Shown here: positions 11,701-21,100 of the stretch, piece after piece
Layout: the number at the start of each line of letters is the position of its first letter
How positions within the stretch are numbered: the first letter of the stretch is position 1
Assembly: GCA_009859145.1 (NCBI GenBank)
Contig: VRVR01000006.1
Location: 183,455 to 247,454 of the forward strand
DNA: 64,000 nt
Direction: 5' to 3'
Source: Andalucia godoyi And28
Lineage: Eukaryota; Protista; Jakobida
Translations under genes and position numbers: made by a program
Notes under the pieces: model-generated
Databases searched by the model: none
Told to the model about the DNA's origin: nothing
What the model saw: only the letters and a program-made list of their open reading frames with translations

Positions 11701-14700
11701 ATTCTCTCGTGTTGCTGCTCAGACAGTATCCCACAACGACTGGAAAAGCACTGGCCCTAAACGCCACATTTTCTCCCAATGGAAACAATCCGCTGCATGC
11801 AGCCGTGACCTTTGGGTCCGCCGAAATTGTGAGCATCCTACTGCAGCACGGAGCGGATCTGTTAGTCCGTTCTTCCACGCCATTCAAAGAAACAGCAGTG
11901 CATCTTGCTTCAAGGCTGAACAGAGTCAGCATTCTCAAAGTCCTGCTGGAGGAAGCAAAAAGCAAAAATCTGTCAGTCCTCGAAATACGAGATGGCTCAG
12001 ATCGTGGCTGCACTCCATTGCTGTCATCGGCTCTGGGCGTGGCACCAGCCAGTGCCGCACTGCTGCTTAATTCCGGAGCTCTTTGCGCCGTCCAAACAAT
12101 CGACACGGATGCGTTCTTTCCTACCCACCTTGCAACAGTATCGGTATCTCTGAATCTCTCGGAAACCAAAGCCATGTCGCTCTTGCCTTTTATCAAAACA
12201 ATGTTTGATCTGGGACGCTTTCCGCATGGTGCCCGCGATCAAGGTGGCAGAACGACACTAATGACCGTATGGCAGTCATACAGAGATCCTGTGTTCGAAC
12301 AAACCTGGAAAAGCGTTTCCGACTACCTGGTATCCGTAGGAAGCTTACTGACGAGCGTTCGGGATTCGTCGGGTCGATCTGTTATCTTCTCAATGCTCGA
12401 AGCTGCAGTTCGGGAAGAAGTTATTTGTGACATCTATCGCACAAATGTCATTCAGCAGCACGTCGAAATTTCGAATCTCTTTGAGGATATCCAAGAACGT
12501 GTGCTCCCAAGAAACGATACTGCGCTGCACTTGTGTGCGTTGTTGGGGTACGATGCCCTGCTTGAAACATTGCTCACTACCATGTCACATCACTTTTTGG
12601 AGAAGGATCAGAGATTTGACGAAACTGAAAATGTGCCGGATTTGCAGAACTCGTTGGGAGAAACACCGCTGCATTCCGCAGTTGTTCCTCGAGGATCCCC
12701 GGGGCATTCGAGGGCCATCGGGGTCCTGCTCCGATTTGGAGCTTCCCCGCGGTCGAAAACAAAAGGCGAGAGTAAGACTCCTCTTCATTTAGCGGTGGCG
12801 CTGGGTGCGAATGACGCGGCACTGATTCTGCTGTCCTTTCCCTGTCCAGATTCAATTCAGCAGACACTGCCCATCATCCGAGACTACCGGGGTTGGACTC
12901 CGATCCACGAAGCGGCGTTTCATAACAATCCGATATGTCTTCGTGCGTTGATCGATGCGCTTCCGGGCACTCTAAAGGACAAGAAGATCTGTCTTGACCT
13001 CGAAACGTCCGCGGGTTCCACTGCACTTCATCTGGCCTGTCGTTCAGGAAGCTCGGAATGCGTCAGATACTTGTTGTCGCTCTTTGAGCCACCCGCGGAC
13101 GCGGCTGCGTTGTATCAGAAATCCGCGACGTCGAAACGCAGTTCTTTGAGCTGCGCGCTGCATTCAGAGGACGAGAAGACGATTGATTTCGTCCTGAACT
13201 GCTGCAGGAATTCTTCGGAACCACTGCTGCAGGCAAACTTGCTCGAGTGCGGGAATGCACAAAATGGCTACTCGCTTCTCCACACTGTGTTTTCACTGTC
13301 GAAAGCCTCTACAATGCAAAAGATCCTTGGATCACTTCCGACAGATGTAATACCCAAGCTTTGCCGACCGTCGCAACTGGATGGGAAAAACCCCTTCCAC
13401 ATTGCGGCCGCAAATTCCGCTTCCAATACCACGACGCTGGAAACGGTTCTAGCGTGTTGCAACAACCGACGAATTCCTCTGCTAGAACGAGATGCAGATG
13501 GATGGATGCCTGTGCACTACGCCGCTGCGTGCAACAATTTTGAAATTTTGGCGACTGTGCTTCCCACAGATTCTCCACTGACTCAGCTCACGACCGCAGA
13601 TGATAATTCCAATCCTGTGCTGATCTGCAGCCGATTTGGAACAGTGGATTGTCTGAAATCCCTGTGTGAAATGAAAGGAGCGGAGTCGTTTTTACTGGCC
13701 TGCTGGGCAACTAACGACGAAGGCTGCAACGCGTATTTTGAAACCTTGAAAGAAGGACACGAAGAGTGTTTCCAGTTTTTGGTTTCCGTTTTGCACACGA
13801 ACGGAAAAGAGGCGGAGTTGATTAGAAAGAAAGACACGAAAGATCGAAACATCTTGCATTATGCAGCGCTTAGTGGAAGACCAAGAATGGTGGAGACGGT
13901 GCTGAAATTTGGTGTGGACGTCAACGCCCAGGACGGCGATGGAGCTACGCCTCTTCACTACGCTTGCCGTTCTGGCGCTGTGATAGCGTCGTTGATGTCT
14001 TTTGAAGATATAACGCTGGAGGAAGGGGGCGGAATGCAAGCAACAAGAGATCGCCTGTCCAAAGCGGAGGCCGATGCTGAGCAGCCGGCGTCGGCACCAA
14101 CCGGAAACACAAGCGTGGAGCGCAGCTGTCCGCGTCAGTACGACCAGGTCCTTGGTATCCTCCTTCGTAAGGGAGCCGATCCATTTGCTGTTACACACAG
14201 AGAGAAGATAACTCCTCTTTTTGAACTTGCGTTCAAGAACAACGCAGAGCTCGGAAACTGCATGCTGAGCATTCTTCTTCAGGAAGGCCTGGCCATCCCC
14301 TCCAAAAAGGCCAACTCTTCTCGTTACTCAACGGTTCGAGACCTTCTGGCGGTCTCTTCAGCACAGGACGGAACTGCATTCCACTGCTGTGCTACCAGAA
14401 GGTTTAAAGAGTTTCTGCTGTGTTTGTTTTCTGTGGCGGAAAGAATTCGAGAGGAAGGCGGATTATCGGTAACGCCGTTGCTCACCTCAGCGAACCAAGA
14501 AGGGCAGGCACTTGTCCATTATCTGGCATCCTGGGGAAATGTCGAGATGTTTTCCAAGTTGAGATCACTAGACTCGGCTGCCATGGACGTGCTGAATGGA
14601 ACGAACTGTCACGCCATCCACATTGCAGCACTGCATGATCACAATGACCTGATTGCTTTTATCCTCGACGTAGAACACACAGACAGCCTTGGGAATCCTC

Positions 14701-15674
14701 GGGAAAAGGCCACCATGACGGAGTCCAGCGCGGTACAGAACGGATGTGCAGCAAAGCCCCGCGGTAAGACGCCGTTGGTGCAGATCACGGATCATGCAAA
14801 GGCGACACCGTTGCACATGGCAGCTCGTGCGGGATGCCCGCATGCTATCCAGCAGCTTCTTTCGGACAAACGGACCGAAACGTCGACGGAAGACGAAGAA
14901 GGAGAATGTCCGTTGCTGGAACTGCTGCATCACCAAGGTCATCATGCCACGCCGCTAGCAACAAGAGAATCTCTGGTTGCCTTCCTTCAGTGCTCTCGCG
15001 TGGACCGGACGGCGAGGAATTCCAGAACTGGGCAGAACGGGATCCACTACTTGATTAGTTCTCAAGCAGACACCAGTCTTGCAGAGATGCTACTGTACGG
15101 AGACGGCCCTAGTGTTCCAAGCGAACAATCTCGAAGACTGTTGTTGGAGGGCACCGACAATGAGGGCCAAACTCCTCTGCATTGCGCTGCCTCCGTCGAA
15201 CCAGCTCCAGTGCAGTGGATAAAATTCCTGGTGAGCAAAAATGTTGGAAAGAATGGAAGGGACAAATACGGAGTCACTCCATTCCTTCGATACGTCGCTG
15301 AGGGGACCTTCGGGACGTTTCTTTCCGAGGTGCAGCTGGAAATTCTCAATGCTCTTTGCACTCGAGAGTGCGTAGTCTCTGCCGATGAAGACGGAACAAC
15401 GCCGCTACATGAAGCAGTACGAAAAAACTCTCTAGGCGTAACCGAATGGCTGCTCAACAGGGTGGACGACTACAACACAACTGTTGATAGTTCCAAGCAG
15501 CAGTTCATCGAAGCAAACATTCCGAACCGAAACAAGGTAACTCCGCTCGATATCTGCAAGAATGGAAAGATCTCTCCCGCAATCGAAAAGTCGCTGAAGA
15601 TGCATGTGGAAGCATTGAAAGACAAAAGGAAGGCCTTCGAGAAACAGAGAAAGTCAGCAAGTAAGAACCAGTGA
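5778..15674 (+). CDS. Giant ankyrin-repeat protein (about 3300 aa), no intron required
   Basis: One uninterrupted ORF. Two long blocks of TPLH-x-AA-type ankyrin motifs (about 6050-9650 and 11660-15560) flank a mostly non-ankyrin helical region with an E/K/D tract (about 10900-10975). First in-frame ATG is 5778. Confidence 0.92.
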   Translation: MLTTTPFARRILSKESVSGLYESVPTKSGLRVSLHSGNSPYAGSNSLQNSSNSLLRSGSDASSLALTGHSSMLMMSGMSDLGANSSTLDVKTDLHRHAAQNDVEAIRRYLNTNPVAVVDSRSSSKLWTPLHEAALRGCLDAIRVLVLEHNADVNAETKSGSTALHLAARKGHVAAVRLLVSLGANVRSRDANGETAVHWACALGLPKVLVSFAEKDISLPSLLWESGCPVDNSGKSALHRATTEIWDSIISHPKARMEVDLTSVRDTSGWTPFHDAAAAGDHQLVARMLHHARLSTHSMPAAGLKHLVLHQTSTSKGNAMHLACRGGHIAVIKLLLDASQMADPHRLSCLEEIVFARDSSLETPLHWAVVSKNRDVVSVILSVVRKLSDAPGKMSLQSLVNQRNEAGLSAVHLAARYGFADVLTMLISHDKSKETLDAKESHSLWTALHDAAAHGHDACIQVLINAGSMVQARDILGKTPLHYASSSGVESVRSILETKSGLECLWHPSSDTGWLPLHEACAKGKSEVCQLLCRKMYDSLSKKASSPKEILFSILLATTKRKSTPLHLASRCSDSENGSGQKTVQALLYFARSASADLDCKKFADAKDEWLETPLHWAAYAGQEECCTLLLEYGASVHATSKTEATPIHLAARYGHLQCLRALVDEGKHEVLWTLLGEENKTPLDEAAASGSTIIIDWFLSAEGTVRLPRTARKLPGHWAAMNDQQDIIHLVLQMFPRPSSRRRVSFFEIQEDDKVESPPDNLSLWDLDHPDEDGWTPLHHAAARGHFRSCAMLLFRKDLGNAVDVQEAAALFPSAAVRQAVLSSLSEADLHDRYTMHASTASRSPLHLAMRSGSSKVMDILLLYGCVKGTMNDLLLLPDEDGWTPIHWMFFEGNFELLSHLHAVWKAFDSPELLLTRDLEGFTPYLRSVSAGKGAFLESLRSLKIAEIPEAELIQESADLEGWTVAHVAAFFGHHSLFQLWKTRVIADRTAKGSSCLHISCRKSYPQCVSEICNLCSTADTFEDVLCSSDEWGMTPLHWCALQTSKDGLACLATVMKNILHYETFRALNCEDASASTALHLAAFAGNAFFIGAFLLLAVSVRKTSMTPKVRAKIVESMIAQTTRRMQNTVHLACGSGHVDSVALLLGFSRIVEHLDSAALVASLLDDACVGPTMQGLLKEVENHITSLSPIGDVSDQDGQHPAHYACKEGSDGCLQILLSCGYNALQADKSGSLPVSYAARKGSVRCMALIFNLEPKCASFVSHSGTSVLDDAVASGSFLAVQMVLQHLDKNSLHHRSIVIAALANMSRTSDHANLIQTVDTGLRFLGEVSEAERCALARSLIPHVWKASVCAEPYQDAALLSEIVHLAADHEELWMYLQALLQKQSKTQLSQIDFVPVLMEYMERGLVDLVSLLMSLLTEKHCFSTLQIENLLVSAVTADQAIIADSLLKAKWELCDRDQNCLANTACALHFVRSLSCCKLLVEKYGFDADHQDGKGNCPFHTVCSVECLEFLSWHSETPNWVTVRNTDTNTPLMMHLQHLMSKNASAHECEVCAFIVTKTPENAIAALWSDMIRMHDRSAIVTRIPHSLVLEIIQRNPKATVESFLLASLDYNTRLAGEIMENFLEFCGQPLEANTDSVHKLSSPTLIEHSIAALKLQNVQWMSLFRSKHSGSGLSPVQSYSKNNWKESAVYLLKILLENANRLEEKEKEKEKEEEKDEDKDAEETEEILDCAFFLCRHSFSEWLLSILKNAPLLSDPTRQAQILLNCAFSGEEPLRLASRSFPLLIQDVDYSLLCPDATFNVALLFHRLFCQTLPKSELLAKEVCALINHSCRTNCVDFSCSEIGVVVESDLIPALRQTDSSPQLDSMIAQACCSLLERNLPELVGKLITSYPSLLACKSPSVVQKALLSPNCEELIAQIERFRSDLGQLLQQQNDTEEGASSSHANQTIDSTTESLASPLHLAVCKNDADSLVLLLRQYPTTTGKALALNATFSPNGNNPLHAAVTFGSAEIVSILLQHGADLLVRSSTPFKETAVHLASRLNRVSILKVLLEEAKSKNLSVLEIRDGSDRGCTPLLSSALGVAPASAALLLNSGALCAVQTIDTDAFFPTHLATVSVSLNLSETKAMSLLPFIKTMFDLGRFPHGARDQGGRTTLMTVWQSYRDPVFEQTWKSVSDYLVSVGSLLTSVRDSSGRSVIFSMLEAAVREEVICDIYRTNVIQQHVEISNLFEDIQERVLPRNDTALHLCALLGYDALLETLLTTMSHHFLEKDQRFDETENVPDLQNSLGETPLHSAVVPRGSPGHSRAIGVLLRFGASPRSKTKGESKTPLHLAVALGANDAALILLSFPCPDSIQQTLPIIRDYRGWTPIHEAAFHNNPICLRALIDALPGTLKDKKICLDLETSAGSTALHLACRSGSSECVRYLLSLFEPPADAAALYQKSATSKRSSLSCALHSEDEKTIDFVLNCCRNSSEPLLQANLLECGNAQNGYSLLHTVFSLSKASTMQKILGSLPTDVIPKLCRPSQLDGKNPFHIAAANSASNTTTLETVLACCNNRRIPLLERDADGWMPVHYAAACNNFEILATVLPTDSPLTQLTTADDNSNPVLICSRFGTVDCLKSLCEMKGAESFLLACWATNDEGCNAYFETLKEGHEECFQFLVSVLHTNGKEAELIRKKDTKDRNILHYAALSGRPRMVETVLKFGVDVNAQDGDGATPLHYACRSGAVIASLMSFEDITLEEGGGMQATRDRLSKAEADAEQPASAPTGNTSVERSCPRQYDQVLGILLRKGADPFAVTHREKITPLFELAFKNNAELGNCMLSILLQEGLAIPSKKANSSRYSTVRDLLAVSSAQDGTAFHCCATRRFKEFLLCLFSVAERIREEGGLSVTPLLTSANQEGQALVHYLASWGNVEMFSKLRSLDSAAMDVLNGTNCHAIHIAALHDHNDLIAFILDVEHTDSLGNPREKATMTESSAVQNGCAAKPRGKTPLVQITDHAKATPLHMAARAGCPHAIQQLLSDKRTETSTEDEEGECPLLELLHHQGHHATPLATRESLVAFLQCSRVDRTARNSRTGQNGIHYLISSQADTSLAEMLLYGDGPSVPSEQSRRLLLEGTDNEGQTPLHCAASVEPAPVQWIKFLVSKNVGKNGRDKYGVTPFLRYVAEGTFGTFLSEVQLEILNALCTRECVVSADEDGTTPLHEAVRKNSLGVTEWLLNRVDDYNTTVDSSKQQFIEANIPNRNKVTPLDICKNGKISPAIEKSLKMHVEALKDKRKAFEKQRKSASKNQ

Positions 15675-15790
15675 GAAAAGGTGGCAAGGGAAGAACGTTC
15701 TACATGGGAAAGGAAAATAATTTATAGTAAACCAATAGAATTATGTGATTGCCGTCGGATCTAGTCCGCCGCAGGGGTAAAGCGAAGAAA

Positions 15791-17443
15791 TCATGGGGAC
15801 AGCGCGAACGGAGGTGCAAGATCTGGAAAGTCTCCTGCTTCAGGAGAAAGCAGCTCGCCGGTGCGCAGCATGTGGGATCGCAGAAAGTCTGGTAACGATG
15901 CGCCCGAATTGACGGGAGACAGAGAAGGACGTGGAACCACCGGAGAGATGGGGGAGAACTGAGAAAGTGCGGCAGACGCTGGCAGAATCCGTTTGTCCTC
16001 ACGTCGGCTGTTATCCTTGTCCTTTGAGCTCTCCTTGTCCTTTGAGCTCTCCTTGTCCTTTGAGCTCTCCTTGTCCTTTGAGCTCTCCAGCATGTACACC
16101 TTCCTTCTTAGCAGCGCGATCTCACCAGCCATCTCAGCCATCTGTTCTTGCCAATCCCGCTTCTGAGCGTCAAACTCGCGTCGCTCCTTCTCACTGTCCA
16201 ACACAAGCGCATTAAACGCCTCCTTTTGCTTGGAAAATCGGTACTGCCAGATGCTGATATCTCGTTTCTCAGTTTTCCCAAGATCCTCTAGACGGGACTT
16301 CAGCGAATCTCGCTCCTTGATCACCGCATCAAGCTCTGCCCGCAGGGTCACCACAGCATGGTCATTTCTATCAAGTACCTCGCGAAGGTACTCGGAGGAC
16401 TCTTCGCTACGACCAGATCTTGTATTTCTTCGAACAGAAGACGGCCTACCAGCTAACTTTGCATTTCGCGATGACAGCAACAGCCACGGTGAACTGTCTT
16501 TGCTGATTTCCTGTTCCAACTCTGCAATCTTCCGATCGACGAGACTTTCAAATTCGGAAGGAACATAGTCCGATGCACCCTTCTTTTGAGATTTCAATGA
16601 CTGTGCCGTCGGTAGCGTCGAAGTCACTTGCGATGCTGTTCGTGATGTAGCGAGTGCGACAGGCTGCTGCTTGGTAGACGGTTCCGACGAACTGCTGGAC
16701 AGCAATCGAGATGGCAGATTCAGTGGTTGTTGCTGCTGCGATTGCTGCTGCTCCTCGACAAGTTTGACATGAGAATGTAGAGCCGATCTCTGAATGCGGA
16801 TTGCATCAAGCTCTGCCTCGCACCCGGCGACTTCCGAACGGAGGCGGTTGACAGTTGCGCGATCCATCATGCCCCAGTCCTGATCGACTTGAGAGGATAC
16901 GATTCCCTCTGCCTTTCGACCAGCCGTATTCAATATCCGCTGTTGGACTGACGCCATATCCGAGTGCAGCATGTCTAACCGCGACAGCAGCACAGATTCG
17001 CGGTCCGTAAGCCTCGACAGCTGCGCATAATGAATGGACAATGAACGGCTTGTGCCACCACGATCTTCATCGCCACCATTGCCAGCATTAACACTATTCT
17101 CGAGATGAAATTTGGATACCCCGAATTTCTCAACTTCGCCATGTGCCTCGCCCGACAACGAGCGCGCTTCCGAAGAAGAAGAAGATGATGATGATGACGA
17201 CGACGACGATGACGACGACGACAAGCGTGACGAAGAGAATGGTGCCTCATTATGTCGGTGTTCACGTTGTTGCCGTTGCCGTTGGTGTGGGTGTGAGTGT
17301 TGAGCAGCACCAGCAGAAGAAGAGGAAGAAGGAGAGGAATGTACAGGTTGTGAAAGGTGCTTTTCAACGATAAAAGACAAGGGTTTGTGCGCTAATGAGC
17401 TTTTCCGTGCATACAAAGAATTAAAATGGTCTAATAAACTCAT
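15791..17443 (-). CDS. Coiled-coil protein with poly-Ser tracts and an ESSKDK repeat, function unknown
   Basis: 550-aa ATG ORF with heptad-rich segments (LSRLDMLHSDMASVQQRI; LRAELDAVIKERDSLKSRLE) and low-complexity S/Q tracts. Confidence 0.8.
   Translation of the reverse strand: MSLLDHFNSLYARKSSLAHKPLSFIVEKHLSQPVHSSPSSSSSAGAAQHSHPHQRQRQQREHRHNEAPFSSSRLSSSSSSSSSSSSSSSSSEARSLSGEAHGEVEKFGVSKFHLENSVNAGNGGDEDRGGTSRSLSIHYAQLSRLTDRESVLLSRLDMLHSDMASVQQRILNTAGRKAEGIVSSQVDQDWGMMDRATVNRLRSEVAGCEAELDAIRIQRSALHSHVKLVEEQQQSQQQQPLNLPSRLLSSSSSEPSTKQQPVALATSRTASQVTSTLPTAQSLKSQKKGASDYVPSEFESLVDRKIAELEQEISKDSSPWLLLSSRNAKLAGRPSSVRRNTRSGRSEESSEYLREVLDRNDHAVVTLRAELDAVIKERDSLKSRLEDLGKTEKRDISIWQYRFSKQKEAFNALVLDSEKERREFDAQKRDWQEQMAEMAGEIALLRRKVYMLESSKDKESSKDKESSKDKESSKDKDNSRREDKRILPASAALSQFSPISPVVPRPSLSPVNSGASLPDFLRSHMLRTGELLSPEAGDFPDLAPPFALSP
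16015..16086. repeat. Four perfect 18-bp tandem repeats (CCTTGTCCTTTGAGCTCT)
   Basis: Units start at 16015, 16033, 16051 and 16069. They encode (ESSKDK)x4 on the minus strand. Confidence 0.97.
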
Positions 17444-17594
17444 ATATCGTGGCTCTCTCTATTTCAAAAATGGACTATGGAGGAATAATCACCCGCTCTC
17501 GTGGCTCGCTGTTGCTTTTTTGTTGTTTTGGTTTGTTGTCTGTTCTTCCCTGTGTCTGTTGTGACTTCCCCCCTTCTATCGTCCCGTCTCCCTG

Positions 17595-17664
17595 GATCCT
17601 CGATCCTCGATCCTTGATCCTCGATCCTCGGTACTCGGTACTCGGTACTCGATCCTCGGTCCCC
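17595..17664. repeat. Heptamer minisatellite G(A/G)T(C/A)CTC x10 in a divergent intergenic region
   Basis: Units in order: GATCCTC, GATCCTC, GATCCTT, GATCCTC, GATCCTC, GGTACTC, GGTACTC, GGTACTC, GATCCTC, GGTCCCC. Confidence 0.93.
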
Positions 17665-18148
17665 AGCAGTCAGCGCAAAGAAATGGGAAAACAAAGCAAA
17701 CACGGGAATTCTGCATTTTTCATTGCCAAAACATCCATATTTCCCAACAGAAGCAAAAACGACAACGAGAAAAACCGCTGCTTTTCCGAACCTCAAGTAT
17801 CCTCAAGAACGATTCCGTCGACCCATCTCGTCGACAATTGTCAATGGCCAGCAGAACCAACCATTTTGACACGACTGTAAAGAATGTGATAATAAAAATG
17901 ATACAGCAGCATCCATACGAACCCCCACTTGACTTGAACTTTCGTCCGCCTCTCAAAAGCGCCTCTTCTTATGCATTCTCTCTGTTTTTCGATTTCTCTA
18001 TTCGTCGTTTTCTTCGTTTCATATCTCTTTTTTTCATAATTTCTCATTTTATTTTATTTTTTTTTATAAAAGAAAATTTAACAAAGGGCGTGATTCTGTT
18101 TGATTTTTCTTTCTTGTGTTTGTGTTCTAGTGCCTTGAATTGCTTGTC

Positions 18149-21100
18149 ATGCCGCCTGGCTCTTCGATGGTGTATTCGTCCGCGTCGGCGTCTTCGGTGC
18201 TTGCATTGCTTGCTGAGCCGTCGATTGCGCTTCAGACGCAGGCTCTTCGCGTTTTGCAGGAACAGGCGTCGACACTCTGGGCTGAGGCGTCGGACCAGCT
18301 GCCGCTCATCGAGTCTCTTGCGGACGATCCCGCAATTCCAATCGAGACACGGCGTCTTGCGTCGCTTGTTGCAGCGAAAGTGTACTTCCATCTTGGGGCA
18401 ACGTCCGATGCTCTGGATGCATCGCTGCGATCGGGAGAGCTCTTTAGAAACGCCATGGTTTCGTCTTCGGCCGCAGACAGCTCTCGTGAATCCACAGAGT
18501 TCGTGTCGATGGTGGTTGGTGCTGCAATCGATCGATACATTGCAGTTCGTGTGAAGAACTGGTCGCAGAATGCGCCTTCTGCAGACCAAGGAAGCGCCGC
18601 CGATCGCGCTCTTGATGTCTTGATCGAGGATGTGTTTACACAGTGCTATGCCACTGGAAAACTCCGAGAGGCTCTTGGAATCGCAGTGGAGTGCCGCCGC
18701 TTGGATCATATGGAGAAGGCTATTAAGCAGGCAGGCAGCAGTTCCGACGCTGACCAAAAAGCTGGGTTGCTGGACTTTGCGGAACATGCGGCAATGTCGT
18801 ACGTTTCGGATCTGGAATTCCGTGCTGCAGTGCTGCGCATGCTTATCCGTTTGCACTCATCATCACTTGGACGGTCGTCGTCGTCGTCGTCGTCGTCGCT
18901 GTCCAGTGCGAACAACAACGAGTCTGAAGAAATGCGGCTGGCTGCCTCCGAGTTGGCCGTGGCCCGCTGTTTGGTGGCCCTCGATGATGCACCTTCTCTT
19001 GCGGAGACGCTGTTCAGACTGTTGTCGAACGGACAGACGCTGGTCGCCTTCCAAGTGTGTTTCGATGTAGCAACTGTCGCGAAGTCGCACTTTGTTCAGG
19101 AATTAGTACAGTCACTGCAGAAGCAGGATTCTTCTGCAGAATCCACAGTCACATCTGTCGGTCAGAACTTGAAGGCTGCTCTATCAATCTTGCGTGGAGA
19201 AGCCAATCAGGAACTGCAACGAGATTTTCTGACGCGCCAGTCTCATTCGGACATGTCAATTTTGAACTACATGAAGACTACTCTCGACACTCGGAATTCC
19301 ATTTCTCACGGAGCCCTTATCGCCGCTAACGGATTGATGCATGCGGGCACTGGAGTTGATTCGTTTTTGAGATCCAATATTGACTGGATGTCGAGAGCCA
19401 GCTATTGGAATAAGTTCTCTGCTGCCGCATCTCTTGGAGTGATCCACGCGGGTGCAGTCAAGGAGTCTGAGACCATTCTTGAGCATTTTTTTGCTTCGCA
19501 GGAGCCATACTCGTATGCCGGAGGCCTTCTGGCTCGAGCATTTGTTGGAGGCGCCTCCAAAATTGAACGCATCCGGGAGGCGTTGAAGAACGCCATTGCG
19601 ATTGGAGGAGGAATGGACTCTGGCGCGTTAAACATGCGAGGTATGGATATGATGGGTATGGGAGGGGGAGGGCGAGAAAGGCCGTCCGGTCCGAGCTCAT
19701 CCACCGTCATTCAGCATGGTGCCTGCTTGGCCTTTGGAGTTGCTGCTTTGCGCGCATCTTCGTACACGTCTAGTACAAACCCTGCGAGTAGCTCCGATGG
19801 GTCGTCATCCACTGCGGTCTGGGAAGGCATGTATGACGAACTTCGTGATATTGTTTACCAAGATGACGCTGTTGCTGGTGAGGCTGCAGCACTGGCAATC
19901 GGTCTGTCTCGAGCGGGAACTCTTCCGACAGGTACCGACGAGTCCGTTCTCTCGGATATGCTCACCTATGCTCGTGAGACGCAACACGAGAAGATCATTC
20001 GGGGGATTGCACTCGGACTGGCTTGCATGTGCTGTGGTCGAGAAGCAGCTGCAGATTCCATCATCGAACAACTTATTGCAGACAAGGATCCCATTCTTCG
20101 CGCCGGAGCCATGCAGTGCTTGGCTGCAGCCTATGCCGGCACTGGTCATTCTGCTGCAGTCAGAAAGGCATTGCACATCGCGGTATCGGATGTATCGGAC
20201 GATGTCAGACGCGCTGCAGTCATTTCTCTTGGGTTCGTTCTTCGAGTACGCGCGTCTGTGCTGGGAGACCATACTTCTAAACAAGCGGACGACCGATGCC
20301 CCAGGCTCGTGTCTCTGCTTGCTCAATCCTACAACCCACATGTGCGATATGGAGCAACTCTTGCTGTCGGAATTTGCTGTGCAGGCACCGCACTTCGCGC
20401 TGCCATTGACCTTTTGAAACCGCTGGCGGAAGATCCTGTTGACTTTGTTCGACAGGGCGCATACATCGGTCTTGCCATGGTGTTGATGCAGACCAACGAG
20501 ACACGGGAACCTTTTGTTGCCGAATTTCGTGACAAGATTGATCGAATCGTGTCGGACCGACATGCGCCGATCATGGCGAAACTGGGAGCTATCCTTTCTG
20601 CGGGATTTCTCGATGCTGGTGGCCGAAATGTGACGCTGGATGCGACTGGTGGAATGCGGCAGACTCTTGGTGCGTTGATTGGCTGTCAGCAGTGGTTCTG
20701 GTATCCGTACATCCACTTCTTTTCCTTGGCATTCGTACCCACGCACGTTACTGCTCTTAATGAGAAACTTCAAATGCCGCGGATGGAGATTGTTTCGCAT
20801 GCCAAACCATCGCAATTTGCCTACCCTGCAGTGCGGGTGCATAAGAAGGAAGACGACTCGTTGAAGAAGAAGATGGTTGTGGTGGAACTCTCCACATCGT
20901 CGAAACATCGCCAAAGAGAGAAAGAGAAGGGAAAGGACAAGAAGGAAGGCGCAAAGGCTGCTTCTCAGACTGTTTCTGGAGCGGCAGCTGCTCCTGCTGT
21001 TCCGAGTGAACCCACGAGTGAAAGATTGCAGAATCCTGCCCGTGTAACCGCGGAACAGACTGCGCTGATTGAGTTCCCCTCGGGCCCCGAAGCGCGATAT

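Noticed and set aside
16015-17664. The 18-bp and 7-bp repeat arrays as CRISPR-like or telomeric arrays
   Set aside because: They are contiguous tandem units with no unique spacers, no cas genes are nearby, and neither has a telomere-like G-run unit.
17449-18856. ORFs 17449-17880 (+), 17838-18554 (+, different frame) and 18044-18856 (-)
   Set aside because: They are low-complexity translations of promoter/UTR sequence or off-frame and antisense shadows of PSMD1.
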